Shown here: one piece after another, positions 58,035-64,000 of the stretch
Layout of the letters: every line of letters starts with the position of its first letter
Position numbering within the stretch: position 1 is the stretch's first letter
DNA from: Nannocystis bainbridge
Lineage (GTDB): Bacteria > Myxococcota_A > Polyangia > Nannocystales > Nannocystaceae
Assembly: GCF_028368995.1 (NCBI RefSeq)
Contig: NZ_JAQNDL010000001.1
Span: forward strand, 4,288,001-4,352,000
Direction of reading: 5' to 3'
DNA: 64,000 nt
The notes under the pieces: model-generated
What the model was told of the DNA's origin: nothing
Databases searched by the model: none
The model's input: the letters and a program-made list of their open reading frames with translations, nothing else
Program-made: the position numbers and the translations under genes

Positions 58035-59207
58035 ATGTCCGAGCTGTTGAACCAGCGACTCCGTCGCCACCTCGCCGCGCTGCATGCCGAAGGCCTCGCG
58101 CGCGAGCTGCCGCAGATCGGTCAGCGTGACGGAGTCCGCTACCAGCTCGACGGCGCCTGGGTCACCGGCTTCTGCAGCAACGACTACCTCGGTCTTGCCA
58201 ACCACCCGCGCCTGCGCCCCTCGAACTTCGCCACGCTCGCGTCGGGTGACGCGGCTGGTGCCACCGCTTCCCGACTCGTCGCCGGCGACCTTCCCGCGCA
58301 CCGCGCCGCCGAGCAGGCCCTCGCCGCCCTGGCTGGCTCGGACGACGCCGTCCTGTTCCCCAGCGGTTTCCAGCTCAACGTCGGCGTGCTGCCCGCTCTG
58401 ATCGAGCCGGACGACACCGTTTTTAGCGACGCGCTCAACCACGCCAGCCTCATCGACGGACTACGCCTTGCCCGCGCCCGTCCGACGATCCTCCCGCATC
58501 GCACCGCTCCACCGCCGATCGCCACCCCGCGCTGGTGGGTGACCGAATCGATCTTCTCTATGGACGGCGACACCGCCGAGCCCGCTCGCCTGCGCGAGTT
58601 CAGCGAGCGCGGCGGCATGCTCTACCTGGACGAGGCCCACAGCCTCGGCCTCTTCCCTGGCGGCGCAGGCTTCGCCCGTCACCACGGCATTCGTACCTCG
58701 GTGCTCATGGGTGGCCTCGGCAAAGCGTTCGGTCTGGCCGGGGCCTTCGCCGCCGGCAGCCGCGAAGTCTGCACGTGGATCCGCACCCGCGCCCGCAGCT
58801 TCGTGTTCAGCACCGGCAACCCGCCCGCGCTCGCCGAACAGGCCCGGCTCGCTGCGACTCTGCTGACCGGTCCCGACGGCGACGAGCGCCGCGCCCGCCT
58901 GTGGAACAACGCCCGGCTCCTGGCCGCCGCCCTCGAGCGCACCCCGCCGGTCTCCCCCATCTTCCCCGTGCTCATCGGCGCCAACCAGCTCGCCGTGACG
59001 ATCAGTCATGCGCTGCGCGAACGCGGCTGGCATGTCCAGGCGATCCGCCCGCCCACCGTCCCGGTCGGCACTGCCCGCCTGCGACTCACCGTCACCGCCG
59101 ATCACGACGAAGCGCAAATCCACGGCCTCGTCGCCGATCTCCGCACCCTTCTGCAGCGGCACGGCCTCTCGCTCGCCGACACCCAGCCGCTTACCGACCC
59201 GCGCTGA
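58035..59207 (+). CDS. bioF: 8-amino-7-oxononanoate synthase-like (alpha-oxoamine synthase family)
   Basis: FCSNDYLGL, SRLVAG, DALNHASLIDG, ESIFSMDGD, DEAH, GKAFG, IRPPTVP..TARLR. Confidence 0.8.
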   Translation: MSELLNQRLRRHLAALHAEGLARELPQIGQRDGVRYQLDGAWVTGFCSNDYLGLANHPRLRPSNFATLASGDAAGATASRLVAGDLPAHRAAEQALAALAGSDDAVLFPSGFQLNVGVLPALIEPDDTVFSDALNHASLIDGLRLARARPTILPHRTAPPPIATPRWWVTESIFSMDGDTAEPARLREFSERGGMLYLDEAHSLGLFPGGAGFARHHGIRTSVLMGGLGKAFGLAGAFAAGSREVCTWIRTRARSFVFSTGNPPALAEQARLAATLLTGPDGDERRARLWNNARLLAAALERTPPVSPIFPVLIGANQLAVTISHALRERGWHVQAIRPPTVPVGTARLRLTVTADHDEAQIHGLVADLRTLLQRHGLSLADTQPLTDPR

Positions 59208-59219
59208 GCGCCCTTTCGC

Positions 59220-59410
59220 TGTCCCTCGGGACATGTCTCTAAAGACATGCCGAGGCACATATCCACCTGGTCTTTGAGCCATGTTGCAGCGGGGTCACCG
59301 CCACAACTCGCTCGTCGCCCAGAATCATCTGTCTCTTGGGACAGCTCCGACGACGGCGGATCGAAACAGCCGAGCCCAGCGGCCTGCGCTGACGACTGTC
59401 CCCAAGGACA
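59220..59410. repeat. Cluster of TGTC-N6-GACA palindromes between convergent bioF and mnmE
   Basis: Exact copies at 59220, 59234, 59330, 59397. Confidence 0.85.
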
Positions 59411-59549
59411 CATCCGTCACCGCCGTTCAAGTGAGACCGAGCCGCAGCCTGGCCCTCAGCACGAGCCCCGCTCCCCTGGCCGACCAGCTGCGCACCTGTG
59501 GTGCCGCTGACAGGCGACCTGCCCTACCCGGCGATCCCGGCGCCAGGCC

Positions 59550-60872
59550 TCACTTGCCGATGCAGAACTGGCTGAAGATCCGCCCGAGCACGTCCTCGCC
59601 GATCGGGCCCAGCGCATCGCGGCCGGTGATCTCCGCCAGCTGACGTTCCGCCACCCCGAGCTCGAACGCCACCAGCTCGAGCGGCGCCATGCGCTCCAGC
59701 AGCGCCAGCGCCGAGGACAACGCCGCTGCTGCTTCGGACGCCCGGTCGCGGTGACGTGCCAGCCCGATCCACGGGGCACTCTCGTCCCCGCGCACCACTT
59801 TCAGAAGCTCGGCGCGCAGCCCCATCAAACCTTCGCCGGTCTGCGCGCTCACGCCGATCCACTCGGGGCGGCGCGTTCCCAGGTCGCGCTTGCTCTCCAC
59901 CTGCAGCGCCGCCGGAAACACTGACTCGCTCGGCTCGGCGTCGGCGGGCTCCAGCCACAGCACCACCTCGGCCCCCGCGATCTGCTCGCGACTGCGACCG
60001 ATCCCCTCGTGCTCGATCGAATCGTCGGTCGCCTGGCGCAGCCCGGCCGTATCGACCACCACCAGCTCGATCCCCTCGAGCTGCAGCTCCGCCTCCACAT
60101 AATCGCGGGTCGTCCCTGGCGTCGGCGACACGATCGCCCGCGAGCGGCCGAGCAGCGCGTTGAACAGCGCGCTCTTGCCGGCGTTGGGCGGCCCTGCGAT
60201 CACCACGCGCGCACGTTCACGCGCGCGCTGGCCGGCCGCGAAGCTCCCCAGCCATGACCGCGTCGTCGCCTCTTGCTGCAACAGCGCCGCGCGCCAGCGA
60301 CTCACATCGCCGTCCGCGACGTCCTCGGGGAAATCCAGGTTTGCTTCGATCTCCGCGCGCAGATCTCCGACCGCGCTGCGCAGGGATTCCACCGTGCGAC
60401 CGAGCTCGCCGGCGACCAGGCGTCGCGCTTGATCGATCGCCGCCGACGTGCGCGCGGCGATCAGCGCCGCGATCCCCTCCGCCTGCTCCAGGCTCAAGCG
60501 GCCATGCTCGAAGGCCCGGCGCGTGAACTCGCCGGGACCCGCCGCGCGAGCCCCTCGTTCTTGCAGCGCAGCCACCACGCGTCCGACGTTGCGAGCGCCG
60601 GCGTGCACATGCAGCTCGACCACGTCCTCGCCGGTGAACGAGTTCGGTCCGGGCATCCAGGCCACCAGCGCGTCGTCTCCCGCGCCTTCGCCGTCACGCA
60701 CGCGACGACGCGCGAGCACTCGCGGCGGCGGCAGGCTGTCGACCAGCGCCTCGACGAACGTACGCGCCTCGGGCCCGCTGACGCGAACGATCGCCACGCC
60801 GCCGTCGGGGGTACCGGTGGCGACGCCGACGATCGTCGAATCGGGGCTCTGCGAGGCGCGCGGCCGGGTCAA
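59550..60872 (-). CDS. mnmE: tRNA modification GTPase MnmE
   Basis: PNSFTGEDVVE, GEFTRRAF, GPPNAGKS, PGTTRD, DTAG, C-terminal FCIGK. Confidence 0.97.
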   Translation of the reverse strand: MTRPRASQSPDSTIVGVATGTPDGGVAIVRVSGPEARTFVEALVDSLPPPRVLARRRVRDGEGAGDDALVAWMPGPNSFTGEDVVELHVHAGARNVGRVVAALQERGARAAGPGEFTRRAFEHGRLSLEQAEGIAALIAARTSAAIDQARRLVAGELGRTVESLRSAVGDLRAEIEANLDFPEDVADGDVSRWRAALLQQEATTRSWLGSFAAGQRARERARVVIAGPPNAGKSALFNALLGRSRAIVSPTPGTTRDYVEAELQLEGIELVVVDTAGLRQATDDSIEHEGIGRSREQIAGAEVVLWLEPADAEPSESVFPAALQVESKRDLGTRRPEWIGVSAQTGEGLMGLRAELLKVVRGDESAPWIGLARHRDRASEAAAALSSALALLERMAPLELVAFELGVAERQLAEITGRDALGPIGEDVLGRIFSQFCIGK

Positions 60873-61426
60873 GCGCGGGCGTCGTCGTAGTCGTTGCCGC
60901 CGCGGCGCGGCGGATCGCCGTCGCGCGCGGGGAACACGACCACGTGGCGGAAGCGGCCTTCGCCTTCGGACTCGGTGCGCAGGCCGTTGACTTCGACGAG
61001 GGCGAGGTGGACGACGCGGCGTTCCATCGCGCTCATCGGGTCGAAGTGATACGGCTTGCCGGTGCTGAGCACCTTCTGACCGATGCCTTGAGCGAGCTCG
61101 CGGAGGCTCTTCTCGCGGCGCATGCGGTAGCCGCCCACGTCGAGGGTGATCCGCATGCGCTCGAAGCCTTCGGCTTGGAGCACGCGGAGCGTCAGGTACT
61201 GCAGCGCGTCGAGGGTCGCGCCGTGGCGGCCGATGAGCAGGCCGCCGTCCTCTTCCGACGTGTTGAGGTCACAGTGGAGACCGTCCTCCTCGACATCGAT
61301 GTCGACCTCGACTTCGACGCCGAGGAGACCGAGGACGGACTCGAGGAAGGAGCGGACGACGGGGACGGCTTTTGCGTAGCGTTCGTCGGCGCTGAGCTGC
61401 GCATCGTTGGCGTTGGCTTCGGGCAT
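60869..61426 (-). CDS. jag: Jag/KhpB (KH + R3H) RNA-binding protein, no Jag-N domain
   Basis: LIGRHGATLDALQ, ERRVVH, SEGEG; yidC-jag-mnmE synteny. Confidence 0.9.
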   Translation of the reverse strand: MPEANANDAQLSADERYAKAVPVVRSFLESVLGLLGVEVEVDIDVEEDGLHCDLNTSEEDGGLLIGRHGATLDALQYLTLRVLQAEGFERMRITLDVGGYRMRREKSLRELAQGIGQKVLSTGKPYHFDPMSAMERRVVHLALVEVNGLRTESEGEGRFRHVVVFPARDGDPPRRGGNDYDDARA

Positions 61427-61440
61427 GCTGGGATCGCCTC

Positions 61441-63057
61441 CTAGGACTTCTTCACGGCCGCGGTCTGTGTCGGTCGGACCTGGATGAGGGTCTGGATGAG
61501 CGACAGCAACACGTTGGCGAAGATATAAACCCCGAGGCCGGACGGGAGGAAGAGCATCATGACGGTGAAGATGATCGGCATCATCCACGCCATCATTCGC
61601 GCCTGCTCGTTGTCCACGCCGGACGGGGTGGCCTTCATCTGGATGTACATGAGGGCGCCCATCGCCAGCGGCAGGATGTAGTACGGGTCCTGCTGGGTCA
61701 GATCGGGCAGCCACAAGAACGGCACGCGGTACAGCTCGACGGCCGTATTGAGGGTCGCGTAGAGCGCGATCCACACCGGGAGCTGGATAAGCATCGGCAG
61801 GCAGCCGGCCAGCGGATTGACGCCGGCGCGCTGGAACAGCGCCTGCATCTCCTGGGCCTGGCGGACGCGGTCCTCGCCGTACTTCTTCTTGATGTCCTCG
61901 AGCTCCGGCTGGATCTCGCGCATCTTCTTCATCGACCGCATCTGCTTGAACGTCAGCGGCAGGGTGATCAGCTTGACCACGACCGTCAGCAGGATGATCG
62001 CGACGCCCCAGATGCCGGTGAGGTTGTAGAAGGCGCGGAGCAGCCAGATCATCCACTCGCCGAGGATGCGATTGAGGCCGCCGAACCAGCCCCAGTCGAT
62101 CACGTCCTCGAGGTGGGCGCCGGGCACGACGGCGAACTTGTCGAGCCGCTCGAGCTCCTTCGTCCCGAAGTAGACGCCGAACACGTACTGACGCGACTCA
62201 CCGGCCGCGAGCGTCACCGGCTCGACCGACAGCGTCGTCGTCAGCGCCTTGCCGTCGGTGCTCTGACCGACGCGGCACGACTGGACCGCGACCTCCGGGG
62301 TCGGGACGACCGCGGTCGCGAAGTACTTGCTGTCGAGCGCCGCCCAGCGGATGCGACCGCGGACCTCGCCCGAGCTGTCCTTCACGTCGCTGGGCGTGTA
62401 GGCCTCCCAGTCGTCGGCCGTCGCGCACACGCCACGATGGACGTCGTAGCTGTTCTCCGCGCCGATGCCGAACGCGTTCTGCAGCGTCAGTCGGTGCTGC
62501 TGCGGCTCGGCCGAGCGGTTGGCGACGTCGACCGTCAGCCGGCCCTCGTAGCCGCTCGTCAGCTGCAGCGTGCTCTTGACCTCGACGTCGGCGTTCTTGA
62601 ACGCGACGGACCAGTCGGTGTCGCTCTGGCCGGTCGGCTCCCACGCCGGGTCGCGCGGGAACTTGAAGTCGGTCTCCGAGCCGTCGAAGCCGATCACCAG
62701 GCTGCGCGTCCCGTCGAGCTTCAGGAAGTCTTCGCCCTTGCCGTCCGGGTTGATGAAGTGCTTGCTGAGCAGCTCCGTGCCGCGGATGAGGCCGCGGTGG
62801 TTGGTCACGTCGAGCGCCAGCAGCTCCGACTTGAGGCGGTGCTCGGCGACGGGGACCTTGGGGGCCGCAGCGGCGGCCGTGCGCTCCTCAGCCCGCTCTT
62901 CGGCGGCCTTGGCGTCGGCTTCCTTCCGGGCGCTCTCCACTTGCTGCTGCTGCTGCACCGAGGGCTCGGGCAGCGGCGGCGCGAAGAAGCGCTCGTAGAC
63001 CAGCCAGATTACGACGCACGAGACGATCGCCAACAGGGTACGACGCTGTAAATCCAC
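61441..63057 (-). CDS. yidC: Membrane protein insertase YidC
   Basis: IDWGWF, WGVAIILLT, NPLAGCLP, FLWLPDL..DPYYILP, PSGLGVY. Confidence 0.97.
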   Translation of the reverse strand: MDLQRRTLLAIVSCVVIWLVYERFFAPPLPEPSVQQQQQVESARKEADAKAAEERAEERTAAAAAPKVPVAEHRLKSELLALDVTNHRGLIRGTELLSKHFINPDGKGEDFLKLDGTRSLVIGFDGSETDFKFPRDPAWEPTGQSDTDWSVAFKNADVEVKSTLQLTSGYEGRLTVDVANRSAEPQQHRLTLQNAFGIGAENSYDVHRGVCATADDWEAYTPSDVKDSSGEVRGRIRWAALDSKYFATAVVPTPEVAVQSCRVGQSTDGKALTTTLSVEPVTLAAGESRQYVFGVYFGTKELERLDKFAVVPGAHLEDVIDWGWFGGLNRILGEWMIWLLRAFYNLTGIWGVAIILLTVVVKLITLPLTFKQMRSMKKMREIQPELEDIKKKYGEDRVRQAQEMQALFQRAGVNPLAGCLPMLIQLPVWIALYATLNTAVELYRVPFLWLPDLTQQDPYYILPLAMGALMYIQMKATPSGVDNEQARMMAWMMPIIFTVMMLFLPSGLGVYIFANVLLSLIQTLIQVRPTQTAAVKKS

Positions 63058-63060
63058 GGC

Positions 63061-63297
63061 TCAGCAGCTTTCGGGTGGTAGGGCCGCCGGCGGAAGATCG
63101 ACGCCGCCGGGATGCCACGGGTGACAGCGGAGCAGCCGCCGCGCGGTCAACCAGCTGCCGCGTAGCACTCCGTGATCGGCGATGCACGCGCAGGCGTAGC
63201 GCGAACAGCTCGGCGTGAAACGGCAGCACGGCCCGAGCAGCGGCGAGATTGCCACCTGGTAGCCGCGGATCAACGCGATGATGATGCGCCCTAGCAC
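63061..63297 (-). CDS. yidD: Membrane protein insertion efficiency factor
   Basis: [24 protein letters not shown]. Confidence 0.95.
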   Translation of the reverse strand: MLGRIIIALIRGYQVAISPLLGPCCRFTPSCSRYACACIADHGVLRGSWLTARRLLRCHPWHPGGVDLPPAALPPESC

Positions 63298-63719
63298 GCA
63301 GACGACCCTGGCAGAGGTCCAGGCCCGGGGGGCCGTGGAGAGATTCTCCGAGACATGGCGTCCATCGCCGCCACGACTTCAGCATAGCGCACGGTCGACG
63401 CGCTCTGTTTGGCGACCCAGACCATATCGCACGGCAATGCGAACTGGCTGCGTTTCCGCCGGAAAGCCTCGCGTACGAGGCGCTTTATGCGATTTCGCAC
63501 GACGGCCGGGCCGACCTTTCGCGTGACCGTGATGCCGAGGCGAACCATCGCAGCGAGCTCTTCGACGCCATTCTGCTGTTCGCTCGCCGGAATCTGACCG
63601 GGCGGCGCCACGAACACCAGGAAATGTCGCGTGTGGTGCTTTCCGCCGCCGTTCTGGACCCGCAAGAAGTCCCTGCGCTTCCGCAAGCGGAAGATCGCAG
63701 GGAACCCTTCAGGCTTCAT
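63291..63719 (-). CDS. rnpA: Ribonuclease P protein component
   Basis: [36 protein letters not shown]. Confidence 0.96.
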   Translation of the reverse strand: MKPEGFPAIFRLRKRRDFLRVQNGGGKHHTRHFLVFVAPPGQIPASEQQNGVEELAAMVRLGITVTRKVGPAVVRNRIKRLVREAFRRKRSQFALPCDMVWVAKQSASTVRYAEVVAAMDAMSRRISPRPPGPGPLPGSSAC

Positions 63720-63743
63720 TTGACGGTCCAGAACCAGCGCGGC

Positions 63744-63896
63744 TCACTTGCCGCTGAGCTGGACGGCGAGGCGCTTGCGGCCGCGGCGGCGACGAGCCGC
63801 GATGACCTGACGACCGCCGCGGGTGGACATACGGGCGCGGAAGCCGTGCGTACGGGCGCGGCTGACGTTGTGGGGCTGGTAGGTGCGCTTCGACAT
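63744..63896 (-). CDS. rpmH: 50S ribosomal protein L34 (not in the ORF track)
   Basis: Manual translation: [50 protein letters not shown]. Confidence 0.97.
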   Translation of the reverse strand: MSKRTYQPHNVSRARTHGFRARMSTRGGRQVIAARRRRGRKRLAVQLSGK

Positions 63897-64000
63897 CGGG
63901 ACGTTCCCTGGGTGATTCGGCGGCTGCGTCGACGCGGAGGCGGAAATTGCCCCGGACGAGCGCCTGTGAACAAGGGGCCGGATCGATACCAGCGGACCTC

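Noticed and set aside
1324-59410. TGTC-N6-GACA as ordinary CRP/FNR/MrpC regulatory sites
   Set aside because: Half-site or spacing differs (CRP TGTGA-N6-TCACA; MrpC N8 as recalled), and most copies are inside genes or at 3' ends rather than promoters. Kept as an unexplained finding instead.
63965-63973. DnaA box / oriC (TTGTTCACA on the minus strand)
   Set aside because: A single imperfect match at the window edge; oriC and dnaA probably lie beyond the window, so it cannot be supported here.

Overview
This is very GC-rich myxobacterial DNA. The mglBA pair, ADYC protein, kinase-STAND-FGE protein and Thr-rich lipoproteins point to Nannocystis/Nannocystaceae, which is an inference. The window lies next to the replication origin. 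Its right end holds rpmH-rnpA-yidD-yidC-jag-mnmE, a bioF-like gene, rsmG and a cluster of about 9 parS sites, but no parAB or mnmG. Other contents: a duplicated HTTM/SdpAB-like (vitamin-K-carboxylase-like) membrane module, lipoproteins, an S9 peptidase, an ADYC + kinase-STAND-FGE pair, an unusual AddAB, a small glycan cluster, dnaX-ybaB-recR-mglBA, a pseudo-M48 + two-dynamin operon, rnhB, an ECF sigma, mutM, rsmA, tsaD, a membrane-anchored response regulator and a rhomboid. The most striking unexplained signal is a 14-bp spaced palindrome, TGTC-N6-GACA. I found about 40 exact copies by eye, plus many one-mismatch copies. It occurs singly inside genes, as head-to-tail arrays with 14-bp period between convergent genes, as apparent in-frame inserts in protein linkers, and at the core of longer 54-bp and ~105-bp tandem repeats. 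All counts are manual and all family assignments come from motif recognition, not database searches.
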